From the NCBI GenBank assembly GCA_012841205.1, contig DUVE01000004.1:1-57666 (forward strand): DNA of 57,666 bases, read 5' to 3'. Position numbers and translations under genes: made by a program. Below the pieces are notes generated by a model. It saw only the letters and a list, made by a program, of their open reading frames with translations, did no database searches and had not been told where the DNA came from. Numbering within the stretch: position 1 is the stretch's first letter; every line of letters begins with the position of its first letter. The stretch is from Mollicutes bacterium (GTDB lineage Bacteria; Bacillota_I; Bacilli_A; RF39; UBA660). Positions 32,244 to 41,179 of this stretch are shown piece by piece.

Positions 32244-32768
32244 TTGAAAACAACTGGTGTATCAAGGCGAATAGATGATTTGGGTCGTATTGTTATTCCG
32301 AAGGAAATAAGAAAAAATCTTAAAATTAGAAATGGTGAATTGCTAGAAATTATGGTGAATGATGAGTCCATAATTTTATCTAAACATTCAAATATGAAAG
32401 GAATTAGAGATGTAGCTCAATTGATTGTTGACGCTGCAGGTGAAGTGGTTGAAATTAATATGATAGTTACTGATAGAGATATGATTATAGCAACTTCCCC
32501 CTCTTTGAAAAAGAGGTATGTTAATCCAAACATAAGTGCTAAGTATAGCGAAATGATGTTAAAACATCAACCCACCACATCACTTACTCCAAATAGAATT
32601 AAAATAAATGATGAGGTTGAAGAAGAAACAGCATACATAATATATCCAATAGTTGCTGATGGTGATGTAGCTGGTTCTGTAATTGCTTTAGGTTTAGATA
32701 ACAAAATAACCGAAATTGACGGTAAAATGGTCGAAATAGTATCAAAGTTTTTAAGTCGTAACATATAA
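32244..32768 (+). CDS. spoVT: Stage V sporulation protein T (AbrB-family regulator with GAF-like C-domain)
   Basis: N-terminus KTTGVSRRIDDLGRIVIPKEIRKNLKIRNGELLEI (SpoVT/AbrB swapped-hairpin); 174 aa; downstream of mfd as in B. subtilis; TTG start after GAGAGG. Confidence 0.9.
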   Translation: MKTTGVSRRIDDLGRIVIPKEIRKNLKIRNGELLEIMVNDESIILSKHSNMKGIRDVAQLIVDAAGEVVEINMIVTDRDMIIATSPSLKKRYVNPNISAKYSEMMLKHQPTTSLTPNRIKINDEVEEETAYIIYPIVADGDVAGSVIALGLDNKITEIDGKMVEIVSKFLSRNI

Positions 32769-32770
32769 TG

Positions 32771-32799
32771 TTGAATAATTTTTATACATATGATATAAT
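32771..32799 (+). promoter_or_regulatory. Sigma-A type promoter for the T-box leader
   Basis: TTGAAT (32771-32776), 17-nt spacer, TATAAT (32794-32799). Confidence 0.65.
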
Positions 32800-32814
32800 T
32801 CAAACATTAAAAAG

Positions 32815-33011
32815 CTTTGATAAGGAAGAGAAGCAAATGTTTATTATAGAGAACTCTGTTTTGGTGGAAAGAGTATAAATGTTTGTGGAAAATGGCCCTT
32901 TAGCTGTCGTATGACCGTTTGCTGCGTTAAAGTTCGAGTGCATAGTTTCTATGAATTAAGGTGGTACCGCGATCATTCGTCCTTATATTATAATAATATA
33001 AGGATTTTTTT
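32815..33011 (+). promoter_or_regulatory. T-box riboswitch leader, specifier AUG (Met)
   Basis: Stem I has an AGAGA bulge (32848-32852) and a distal-loop GGTGGAAA. The specifier loop GAAA-AUG-G places the codon at 32892-32894. T-box sequence is AATTAAGGTGGTACCGCG (32954-32971). Terminator is CCTTATATTA/TAATATAAGG (32981-33003) plus T7. Confidence 0.88.
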
Positions 33012-33025
33012 ATAGAGGAGGAAGT

Positions 33026-33514
33026 ATGAGAAAGTTTGAAAAAATTAGTTATTCACAATTTGAAAAAGATGTGTCAGGTAATGATGTAGAGGAATTATAT
33101 AGTTCTTTAATTGTTCCTGCAAGGAATAGTAAAAATGCTGCAGGATATGATTTTTATGCTCCTTTTTCTTTTACATTGGAGCCTAGTGAGATTATTAAAA
33201 TTCCAACAGGTATTAAAGCTGCTATGGAAGATGATGAATTTCTTATGATAGTTGTAAGAAGTAGTGTTGGCTTTAAGTATAATGTTCGGATGTGCAATCA
33301 AGTAGGAATAATTGATGCAGACTATTTTAATAATGAAGATAATGAAGGACATATTTGGGTTGCGTTACAAAATGAAGGTGACACCCAATGGATTATCAAT
33401 AAGGGAGATAGAATAGTCCAAGGTATATTCGTAAAATATATGTTGGTTGATAATGAGGATGACGGTATTGCTACTAGAAAAGGTGGACTAGGTAGCACAG
33501 GAAAGGGTGAATAG
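33026..33514 (+). CDS. dut: dUTP diphosphatase (trimeric dUTPase family)
   Basis: 162 aa; five dUTPase motifs: AGYDF, VRSS, GIIDADY, RIVQ, RKGGLGSTG. Confidence 0.85.
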   Translation: MRKFEKISYSQFEKDVSGNDVEELYSSLIVPARNSKNAAGYDFYAPFSFTLEPSEIIKIPTGIKAAMEDDEFLMIVVRSSVGFKYNVRMCNQVGIIDADYFNNEDNEGHIWVALQNEGDTQWIINKGDRIVQGIFVKYMLVDNEDDGIATRKGGLGSTGKGE

Positions 33515-33518
33515 TAAA

Positions 33519-35069
33519 ATGAAAAACAAATATTACATTACCACGGCTATTGCGTATGCTTCTGGTAAGGTTCATATTGGAAATACATATGAAATAGTTT
33601 TAGCAGATGCTATTGCAAGATATAAACGTTTACAAGGTTATGATGTTTATTTGCAAACAGGCACAGACGAGCATGGTATTAAAATAGAACAAAAGGCGAC
33701 TTTATCAAACAAAACTCCACAGCAGTATGTTGATGAAGTTGCAAAGGAAATCAAAAAAATTTGGGATCTAATGAACACTACATATGATAGATTTGTAAGA
33801 ACAACAGATGATCTTCATAAACAAAAAGTAACAGATATATTTAATAAACTATATGATCAAGGGGATATCTATTTAGGAAAATATGAGGGATGGTATTGTA
33901 CTCCTTGTGAATCTTTCTTTACTGAAACTCAATTAGTTGAAGGCAAATGCCCAGATTGTGGAAGGGAAACAATTAAAACAGAAGAAGATGCCTACTTTTT
34001 TAGAGTGAGTAAATATACAGATAGATTAGTAGAACATATTGAAAACAATCCGCATTTTATCGAACCGGCTAGTAGAAAAAATGAAATGATTAATACTTTT
34101 ATTAAACCAGGATTACAAGATTTGTGTGTTTCAAGGGAATCGGTTAAATGGGGAATACCTGTTTCATTTGACGAAAAACATGTTATATATGTATGGATTG
34201 ATGCTTTGAGTAATTATATTACCTTCTTAGGTTATGACATAGATGGTAAACATGACAAGTTATATAATGATTTATGGCCAGCAGACTTGCAGATAATAGG
34301 AAAGGATATTTTACGTTTCCATATGATCTATTGGCCGATGATGTTAATGGCTTTAGGTGAAGAACTTCCAAAAAAAATCTATGCTCATTCATGGTTCTTA
34401 TCAGGAGACGGGAAAATGAGTAAATCGAAGGGCGGATTACTTTATGCTGATGATTTGGTGTCAAGGTATGGAGTTGACGCTGTTAGATACTATTTATTAA
34501 GCGAAATGCCTTATGCAAATGATGGTCTAATAAGTGATGAATTAATTATTGATAAAATCAATGCTGATTTAGCAAATGTACTTGGTAATTTAGTAAATAG
34601 GACTATTGCCATGACTAATAAATATTTTGATGGAGTAATTACAAAAGACAACCACTTAGAACCAATAGATGAGGAATTAAAGAATGAGGTTTTAAAAACA
34701 GCAAAAATAGTAGACGAAAAAATGAATTCATTGCATGTAAGTGACGCCCTAAATTCAATTATTAATTTAGCAAGAAGATGTAACAAATATATTGATGAAA
34801 CAACTCCTTGGATTTTAGCTAAAGATGAGACAAAAATAAATCGACTTAGAACAGTTTTATATAATCTTTTGGAATCGATTCGTTTTATAGGTGTTTTATT
34901 GCAACCGTTCTTACCTGAGGCGGCAGAGAAAATATTAGATCAATTAAATACTGAAGTTAAGGATCTTGAGTCATTAGAAGATTTTGGGCAACTTAATACT
35001 AACACTAAAGTAAAAGAAGCAGTACCTATTTTTATGAGAATAGATAAAGATGATTCCAGCAAAGTGTAA
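33519..35069 (+). CDS. metG: Methionine--tRNA ligase (short form without C-terminal tRNA-binding domain)
   Basis: HIGN (HIGH), KMSKS, Zn knuckles CTPCE/CPDCG; about 517 aa; SD GGGTGA before ATG 33519. Confidence 0.96.
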   Translation: MKNKYYITTAIAYASGKVHIGNTYEIVLADAIARYKRLQGYDVYLQTGTDEHGIKIEQKATLSNKTPQQYVDEVAKEIKKIWDLMNTTYDRFVRTTDDLHKQKVTDIFNKLYDQGDIYLGKYEGWYCTPCESFFTETQLVEGKCPDCGRETIKTEEDAYFFRVSKYTDRLVEHIENNPHFIEPASRKNEMINTFIKPGLQDLCVSRESVKWGIPVSFDEKHVIYVWIDALSNYITFLGYDIDGKHDKLYNDLWPADLQIIGKDILRFHMIYWPMMLMALGEELPKKIYAHSWFLSGDGKMSKSKGGLLYADDLVSRYGVDAVRYYLLSEMPYANDGLISDELIIDKINADLANVLGNLVNRTIAMTNKYFDGVITKDNHLEPIDEELKNEVLKTAKIVDEKMNSLHVSDALNSIINLARRCNKYIDETTPWILAKDETKINRLRTVLYNLLESIRFIGVLLQPFLPEAAEKILDQLNTEVKDLESLEDFGQLNTNTKVKEAVPIFMRIDKDDSSKV

Positions 35070-35186
35070 ATAAGATTGTAAACGACATATTATTACACAA
35101 ACTTCTATTTACTTTTCGTTTATAGTCATGTTATCATTTTTAATGTAGTGTGAAAACAAGCTTTTATAGAAAAAGGAGAAAGGGAT

Positions 35187-35357
35187 ATGATTAGCCCTAA
35201 GGCGAAATGTAGGAGATATATTACAATATTTTTTGTAGTTTTGATTACTTTTTTAATTAGCAATCTCTACTATGAATTCAAATATCTTGATTTTGCATAT
35301 CTAGTAGTGATTGTTGTGGGGTTTATCAGATTTTTAGGAGTAAAAGAAAATGAATAG
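35187..35357 (+). CDS. Hypothetical small membrane protein (56 aa, two predicted TM segments)
   Basis: Below the ORF-track cutoff. ATG preceded by AAAGGAGAAAGGG SD. Hydrophobic stretches ITIFFVVLITFLISNLYY and LVVIVVGFIRFL. No similarity recognised. Confidence 0.45.
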   Translation: MISPKAKCRRYITIFFVVLITFLISNLYYEFKYLDFAYLVVIVVGFIRFLGVKENE

Positions 35358-35411
35358 GTGATTATACTTGCGTATAATCCTTTTCTTTATAGATAAATGG
35401 TGGTGATATGG

Positions 35412-36167
35412 ATGTTAATAGATACACATTGTCATATAGAACATAACTATTATGATAATTTAGAAGATATCATTCATGATATTTCTAAATCGGATGTAAA
35501 AATTATTATCGTGAGTGGATGTGATGTTAAATCATCAAACAATGCCGTTGCTCTTTCACACAAATACAACAATGTATATGCAACAGTTGGATTTCACCCA
35601 GATGAATGTGAAAATGTGAGTGAGAAGGATTTTGATAATTTTGAAAAATGGCTTAATGAGGAAAAAGTTGTTGGTGTAGGTGAGATAGGCCTAGATTATT
35701 ATCATAATGATTTAAACAAAGATAAACAGAAGGCTTTATTTATAAAACAGATTGAGATAGCTAAAAAATATAATAAGCCAATTGTTGTTCACAATCGTGC
35801 TGCAAGCGAGGATGTTTATAATATTCTTTCTAAAGAGAAGGTAAAGGGTGTAATGCATTGTTTTACTGACTCTAATGAAATGGCTTTACGCTTTACAAAA
35901 TTGGGATTTTTACTTGGAATAGGTGGAATAATAACTTTTAAAAAGAATAATCTTATTAATGTAGTAAAAGAATTAAGTTTAGACAATATTGTATTAGAAA
36001 CCGATTCGCCATATCTTACCCCAGAACCTTATAGGGGCAAAAAGAACAACCCGTCATATCTACCATTAATAGCAACAGAACTAGCAAGAATTAAGAATAT
36101 TACTTATGATGAAGTGGCAGAAAAAACCACTTCTAATGCATATGAGATGTTTGACTTTAAAGACTAA
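35412..36167 (+). CDS. tatD: TatD-family metal-dependent DNase/hydrolase
   Basis: IDTHCHIE N-terminal motif; GEIGLDY; VHNR; ETDSPYL; downstream of metG as in B. subtilis (yabD). Confidence 0.93.
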   Translation: MLIDTHCHIEHNYYDNLEDIIHDISKSDVKIIIVSGCDVKSSNNAVALSHKYNNVYATVGFHPDECENVSEKDFDNFEKWLNEEKVVGVGEIGLDYYHNDLNKDKQKALFIKQIEIAKKYNKPIVVHNRAASEDVYNILSKEKVKGVMHCFTDSNEMALRFTKLGFLLGIGGIITFKKNNLINVVKELSLDNIVLETDSPYLTPEPYRGKKNNPSYLPLIATELARIKNITYDEVAEKTTSNAYEMFDFKD

Positions 36168-36204
36168 ATGTGGTAAAATTATTACGTTATTCAGAGGTGA
36201 AAAC

Positions 36205-36714
36205 ATGAAAAAATGTGTTCCACTGTTGTTTAAAGTGGTATATCTGATGTTAGTTATTTTAGCTTTTCACTTTTTCTTACCTGAAGGTGTAGAGAAGAAG
36301 GCTATATTTAATGATAATATTAAAAAAACAAGTAGAATGGAATATAATGCTGTCCCAAAAGAAAACATTATTGAAACTTTTTATGGACAATTAACTGGTT
36401 ATGGACCTGATTGTGATGGGTGTATAGGTATAACTACAAGTGGGTATGATGTTAGAGGTGGAAATATATATTATGAAGATAATTTATATGGTAAGCTTAG
36501 AATACTTGCTGCTGACAAAAAGGTTCCATTTGGTACAATTATGAGAATCACAGTTCCAAATATTTACAAGGAACCCATAGTTGCCATAGTGTTGGACCGA
36601 GGTTATTTAATAAAAAATGATAAATTTGATCTGCTATTTAATAATGAAGAAGAAACAAAACCTGTAGGGCGACAAAAAAATGTAAAATTTGAAGTGTTAA
36701 GATATGGTTGGTAG
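36205..36714 (+). CDS. 3D-domain protein (short YabE-like, RlpA-like double-psi beta-barrel)
   Basis: N-terminal TM; C-terminal 3D-type region GQLTGYGPDCDGC...VAIVLDRG...FDLLF; syntenic with B. subtilis yabE; SD AGAGGTGA before ATG 36205. Confidence 0.75.
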   Translation: MKKCVPLLFKVVYLMLVILAFHFFLPEGVEKKAIFNDNIKKTSRMEYNAVPKENIIETFYGQLTGYGPDCDGCIGITTSGYDVRGGNIYYEDNLYGKLRILAADKKVPFGTIMRITVPNIYKEPIVAIVLDRGYLIKNDKFDLLFNNEEETKPVGRQKNVKFEVLRYGW

Positions 36715-36737
36715 ATTGCCTTTGGCAATCTTTTTTT
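36713..36737 (+). terminator. Rho-independent terminator
   Basis: AGATTGCC / GGCAATCT perfect 8-bp stem followed by T7. Confidence 0.8.
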
Positions 36738-36772
36738 ATAAAATATGATAAAATAATGAAAGAGGAACAAAT

Positions 36773-37573
36773 ATGAAAAAAATCACTGCAAATCATCAAT
36801 TTAAAAAAAAATATGGACAAAATTTTTTAATTGATGAGAACATATTAACTAAAATTGTAAACAAGGCAAATATACGAGAAGAAACATTAGTGTTAGAAGT
36901 TGGGGTTGGGTCTGCCAATTTGACAAAAAAGATTGCTAATGTTGCAAAATATGTAATAGGTTATGAAATAGATGAAACTTTAAAGCCATTAGTGAGTGAG
37001 TCATTAGAAAGTCACGAAAATGTTAAGGTTATATATGATGATTTTTTGAAACGTGATTTAATAAAAGATGTAAAAGAATTTGATTACAACCATCTATTTG
37101 TTGTAGCTAATTTACCATATTATATTACAACTCCTATCATAAGTAAGTTAATAGAAGACAATTTAGATATAGATAAAATGGTAATAATGGTTCAAAAAGA
37201 AGTTGGGAATAGAATTAATGCTAAACCAAATACCAAAGATTATAGTTCACTGACAATTTTTATCCATTATTATTTTGATGTGGAAAAATTGTTTGATGTA
37301 AGTAGAAATGTATTTATTCCAAAACCAAATGTGGATAGTATTATAATACAACTAAAAAAACGTGATAAAAAAGAACACTTAAAAGATGAAAAATTGTTTT
37401 TTAAATTAATTAGAGATGCTTTTAAATATAAAAGAAAAAATCTAAGAAACAATTTAAAGGATTATGATTTAGAAAAGATAAATACCGTTCTCTCTAGATA
37501 TGGTCTTGATCTTACAGTTAGAGCTGAACAATTAACTATGGAACAGTTTATTACTATTGCAAATGCCCTATAA
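36773..37573 (+). CDS. rsmA: 16S rRNA (adenine1518/1519-N6)-dimethyltransferase RsmA (KsgA)
   Basis: KKKYGQNFL N-terminal motif; EVGVGSANLT SAM motif; NLPYYIT. Confidence 0.95.
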   Translation: MKKITANHQFKKKYGQNFLIDENILTKIVNKANIREETLVLEVGVGSANLTKKIANVAKYVIGYEIDETLKPLVSESLESHENVKVIYDDFLKRDLIKDVKEFDYNHLFVVANLPYYITTPIISKLIEDNLDIDKMVIMVQKEVGNRINAKPNTKDYSSLTIFIHYYFDVEKLFDVSRNVFIPKPNVDSIIIQLKKRDKKEHLKDEKLFFKLIRDAFKYKRKNLRNNLKDYDLEKINTVLSRYGLDLTVRAEQLTMEQFITIANAL

Positions 37574-37618
37574 TGTAATATTTTTGAAGTTATTTCATAT
37601 AATTAATTGGGTGATAAT

Positions 37619-38410
37619 ATGCATTTTAAACGTGGTGATTTAGTTACAAGGGAATCGTACAACAATGACATTATATTTAAAATAGACGACATTATAGATG
37701 GTGATGTTATGTTAATAGGTTTAAATGTACGATTATGTGCTGATGCACCAACTTCAGATTTGAACTTGTATGAAGTTTCCGAAAATGAAGCGATTTTAGA
37801 TGATGATGAGTATATAAGAAAAATAGATTTTTTTAACAAAGATGAAAGGGATGATTATTTTTATATACCAGGGCGAATTTTACATATAGATGGTGATGAG
37901 GAAGATTTAAAAAGATGTCTTAATTTTTATAAAGAGGGTAAGGTCAATGCTTTTGGTTTACATGTAAAAGAAAGTGATATGCCGAATGTAATTACCAAAC
38001 ATTTAGAAGAGATAAAACCGGATATATTAGTTATTACTGGTCATGATGCTTATTATAAGAAAAAGGGTGAAAAAGAGGATTTAAGATCATATAAAAACAC
38101 TAGCAGTTTTGTTAAAAGTGTTCAATTAGCACGCAAATATGAAAAAGCTCATGATAAATTAATTATTGTAGCAGGTGCATGTCAATCTAATTACGAAGCT
38201 TTATTAAAAGCAGGTGCTAATTTCGCCTCAAGCCCCAAACGAATAAATATACATGCTTTAGACCCTGCCATTATTGCTCTTGCTGTGAGTTTGTCAGATA
38301 AAAGTAAGGATATTGATCTTTTAGATATTTTAGAGAAAACAAAACATGGTGCATCTGGACTCGGTGGGATAATTACAAAAGGAACAATGTATGTTGGGTA
38401 TCCAAGGTAG
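37619..38410 (+). CDS. yabG: Sporulation-specific protease YabG (peptidase U57)
   Basis: Conserved GDLVTR..., ILHIDGD, VITGHDAY, VAGACQS segments; ksgA-yabG-veg synteny; SD GGGTGA before ATG 37619. Confidence 0.88.
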   Translation: MHFKRGDLVTRESYNNDIIFKIDDIIDGDVMLIGLNVRLCADAPTSDLNLYEVSENEAILDDDEYIRKIDFFNKDERDDYFYIPGRILHIDGDEEDLKRCLNFYKEGKVNAFGLHVKESDMPNVITKHLEEIKPDILVITGHDAYYKKKGEKEDLRSYKNTSSFVKSVQLARKYEKAHDKLIIVAGACQSNYEALLKAGANFASSPKRINIHALDPAIIALAVSLSDKSKDIDLLDILEKTKHGASGLGGIITKGTMYVGYPR

Positions 38411-38416
38411 ACTATA

Positions 38417-38635
38417 ATGATTGATAAGATTAAAGAAAATTTAAAAGAGCATATAGGCAAAGAAGTGAAAATAGTTTTTAATGGAGGACGAAATAGAATT
38501 GAAGAATATAATGCTATAATAACTCAGATGTACAATTTTGTCTTTGTTGTGAAACTTTTAAACGATGTCAATGAGACTAAATCTTTCACTTATTCTGATG
38601 TATTAACACAAACAGTAGAGATATACTTTAAGTAA
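38417..38635 (+). CDS. veg: Veg protein (DUF1021)
   Basis: 72 aa; IKENLKEHIGKEV...GGRNRIEEYNAII...FVV typical of Veg; synteny. Confidence 0.88.
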   Translation: MIDKIKENLKEHIGKEVKIVFNGGRNRIEEYNAIITQMYNFVFVVKLLNDVNETKSFTYSDVLTQTVEIYFK

Positions 38636-38755
38636 ATTTTGAAAAAACGTTCAAAAACCGACAAAAATAAGAAAAAAATGGCAATTTAATTGCATTATTT
38701 AAGTAATTAGTGTAAAATTAACTTGTGAAATGTATATAAGTGGGAGGATTTGTGC

Positions 38756-39052
38756 ATGACAATTACATCAGTCAATGTTCGTAAAATCGAAAAAGAAAAT
38801 TCACGTATGAAAGGTATCGCTTCTGTTCTAATTGATGACAGCTTTGCTGTACATGATATTAGGATTATAGAAGGTGACAAAGGTATTTTTATTGCAATGC
38901 CTAGTCGTAAGACTGCAACAGGTGGATATAGAGATATCGCTCATCCGATAAGTCCTGAAGTTCGTAAGATGTTTGAAGATGCAATCATGGAAGAATACGA
39001 AAAAGTTGAACACGTTGACTTTGTTGAAGAAAAAAATGAAGTAGAAGAATAA
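38756..39052 (+). CDS. spoVG: Septation/sporulation regulator SpoVG
   Basis: TITSVNVRKIEKENSRMKGIASVLIDDSFAVHDIRIIEGDKGIFIAMPSRK...; SD GGGAGGA before ATG 38756. Confidence 0.95.
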   Translation: MTITSVNVRKIEKENSRMKGIASVLIDDSFAVHDIRIIEGDKGIFIAMPSRKTATGGYRDIAHPISPEVRKMFEDAIMEEYEKVEHVDFVEEKNEVEE

Positions 39053-39074
39053 CTCTAGTAATAGAGTTTTTTTT
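39051..39074 (+). terminator. Rho-independent terminator after spoVG
   Basis: AACTCTA / TAGAGTT stem, GTAA loop, T8. Confidence 0.75.
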
Positions 39075-39119
39075 CATATTTATTAGGTTTGTACATATAT
39101 TTCATTAAGGGAGGAAATT

Positions 39120-39407
39120 ATGGACAAGGTTGATGCCGTAATTACACATGGTGTAATACTTAATGAACGTAGTAATTTGACAATTTCTGGAGTAAAGAAA
39201 ATAGATAGTTTTGATAATGAAGAGTTTTTAATGGAAACATCAATGGGGTATCTAATAGTTAAGGGTGAAGGACTTGAAATAGTAAAATTAGATACATACC
39301 AAGGAAATGTGAATATTAAGGGAAAGATTAATGCTATTAGTTATGTGGATGATATTAAAAATAAAGATAAGGAAGATGGCGGGGTATTTAATAGGTTATT
39401 TAAATAA
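39120..39407 (+). CDS. yabP: Sporulation protein YabP
   Basis: 95 aa; NLTISGVKKIDSFDNEEFLMET...LIVKGEGLEIVKLD typical YabP; yabP-yabQ-divIC order. Confidence 0.88.
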   Translation: MDKVDAVITHGVILNERSNLTISGVKKIDSFDNEEFLMETSMGYLIVKGEGLEIVKLDTYQGNVNIKGKINAISYVDDIKNKDKEDGGVFNRLFK

Positions 39408-39688
39408 TGGATATAGACATTCAAATAAAATCGATTTTAGTTTCACTTGTATTTGGTTTTCTATTTTCCCTCTTATTAAAAATAAATTATCGTTATATAT
39501 ACAAAGGCCCAGCTGTACTTCGCATTTTAACTAATTTTTTATTTGTTGTAGATTTTGTGTTGATTTATTTTGTTATAATTAGAAACATCAATGGAGGTAT
39601 TGTTCATCCTTATTTTTTAATATCAATAATATTAGGTTTTATTCTAGCTGAAACTTGCTTTAAAAAAGGTATATTCAAATTTAGATAG
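39407..39688 (+). CDS. yabQ: Spore cortex biosynthesis protein YabQ
   Basis: 93 aa; three TM segments; TAATG coupling to yabP; synteny. Confidence 0.8.
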   Translation: MDIDIQIKSILVSLVFGFLFSLLLKINYRYIYKGPAVLRILTNFLFVVDFVLIYFVIIRNINGGIVHPYFLISIILGFILAETCFKKGIFKFR

Positions 39689-39725
39689 TTTAATGATATA
39701 ATGTATATTACAGGAGTGGTGCATA

Positions 39726-40016
39726 ATGGCCAGAAGGATTACTAAAAGAACTAAACGAAGGTTATCTATAATTTTTCTTGTAACGATTGTTGTTTTAATT
39801 ACCTTTATACTTAATGTTGGAAAATTATTTTTTCAAATCATAGAAAAAAAGAATGAAGAAAAATTTTTGATTGGTGAATTGAAAAGATTAGAAGACGAAG
39901 AAGCATATTTAAAAGTAGAAGTAGAAAAATTAAATAATCCTGATTATGTAGCTAGATATGCAAGAGAGAGACTTTTGTATTCAAAAGATGGCGAATTTAT
40001 AATTAGAATTCCATAG
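39726..40016 (+). CDS. divIC: Septum formation initiator DivIC/FtsB family
   Basis: 96 aa; N-terminal TM then coiled coil; NNPDYVARYARERL motif. Confidence 0.85.
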   Translation: MARRITKRTKRRLSIIFLVTIVVLITFILNVGKLFFQIIEKKNEEKFLIGELKRLEDEEAYLKVEVEKLNNPDYVARYARERLLYSKDGEFIIRIP

Positions 40017-40033
40017 CACGAAAGTGCTTTTTT
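40015..40033 (+). terminator. Rho-independent terminator after divIC
   Basis: AGCAC-GAAA-GTGCT hairpin followed by TTTTTT. Confidence 0.65.
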
Positions 40034-40084
40034 CATTTTTTAACGTTATATTAAAAGTTGTGGTAAAATATAAGTGGTGATTTT

Positions 40085-40480
40085 ATGAATGTGAATGAAA
40101 TAAATGCCCTTGTTTTAGCATACTTGGGTGATGCAATATATGAAATATATATTAGAAAGTATTTAATACAAAAAGGAATAAATAAGGTTAACGATTTGCA
40201 GAAGTTTGCGGTAAACTATGTTAGTGCTAAATCGCAAGCAAGTTTTTTAAATTATTTAATAAAAAATGAAATACTAAATGAAAAAGAACTAAGTATAGTA
40301 AAAAGAGCTAGAAATGCGAAAGTTGGATCTCATCCAAAAAGAGTTGATATATTGACTTATAAACACGCAACAGCATTAGAAGCTTTGATAGGTTATCTAT
40401 ATATATTAAATGAAGAGGACCGTATAAAATTTATAATGGACCTTATAACGGAGGAAATAAGTAATGATAGCATATGGTAA
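40085..40480 (+). CDS. mrnC: Mini-ribonuclease 3
   Basis: 131 aa; LAYLGDAIYEIYIR RNase III-like signature; followed by rlmB and sigH as in B. subtilis. Confidence 0.9.
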   Translation: MNVNEINALVLAYLGDAIYEIYIRKYLIQKGINKVNDLQKFAVNYVSAKSQASFLNYLIKNEILNEKELSIVKRARNAKVGSHPKRVDILTYKHATALEALIGYLYILNEEDRIKFIMDLITEEISNDSIW

Positions 40481-41171
40481 AAATGTTGTTAAAGAATTAT
40501 TGGACAACAATCAGAAAATCACAAAAGCTTATATTTACGAAAAAAGTATAGACGAAAAGATAGTAAACGCTTTTAAAAAAAGGAATGTTGACATTAAATT
40601 TTGTTCAAAAAAGGAAATGGACAATATTGCAAAAGGAAACCATCAAGGTATAATAGTCAATATTCCTGACTATAATTTTTATTCACTCAAAGAATTAATG
40701 GAAGATGCAAATAATGATTCTCTTATTGTGTTGTTAGATCATATTGAAGATCCGCATAATCTAGGGGCTATAATCAGAACTTGTGAAGCTGCTGGAGTAA
40801 GAGGAATTATTATTACCAAAAACAGAAGCGTTAATATAAATTCAACAGTTATGAAGGTTAGTGCGGGTGCTTTATCTAATATGAAAGTTTGTTCAGTAAC
40901 TAATATAAGTAACACTATACGAAAACTAAAAGACAATGGTTTTTGGATAGTAGGTACGGAAATGGATGCTGATCATTCTTATATGGATGTTGATTATGAT
41001 GTTCCTATTTGCCTAGTAATAGGTAATGAAGGCTTTGGAATGAGTAGGATTGTAAAAGAAGGCTGTGATTATACAGTTTCTATTCCAATGGTAGGTAAAA
41101 TTAACAGTTTAAATGCTTCAGTTGCAACAGGAATTATAGTTTATGGTATATTAGAGAAAAGAAGAAAGTAG
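40464..41171 (+). CDS. rlmB: 23S rRNA (guanosine-2'-O)-methyltransferase RlmB/YacO (SpoU-TrmH family)
   Basis: 235 aa; SpoU motifs DPHNLGAIIRT, LVIGNEGFGMS, SLNASVATGI. Confidence 0.9.
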   Translation: MIAYGKNVVKELLDNNQKITKAYIYEKSIDEKIVNAFKKRNVDIKFCSKKEMDNIAKGNHQGIIVNIPDYNFYSLKELMEDANNDSLIVLLDHIEDPHNLGAIIRTCEAAGVRGIIITKNRSVNINSTVMKVSAGALSNMKVCSVTNISNTIRKLKDNGFWIVGTEMDADHSYMDVDYDVPICLVIGNEGFGMSRIVKEGCDYTVSIPMVGKINSLNASVATGIIVYGILEKRRK

Positions 41172-41179
41172 GAGAGAAT

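Noticed and set aside
38636-38755. Searched the spoVG upstream region for a sigma-H promoter; noted the small palindrome GCAATTTAATTGC
   Set aside because: There is no convincing match to the sigma-H -35/-10 consensus at proper spacing. The palindrome is short and AT-rich.
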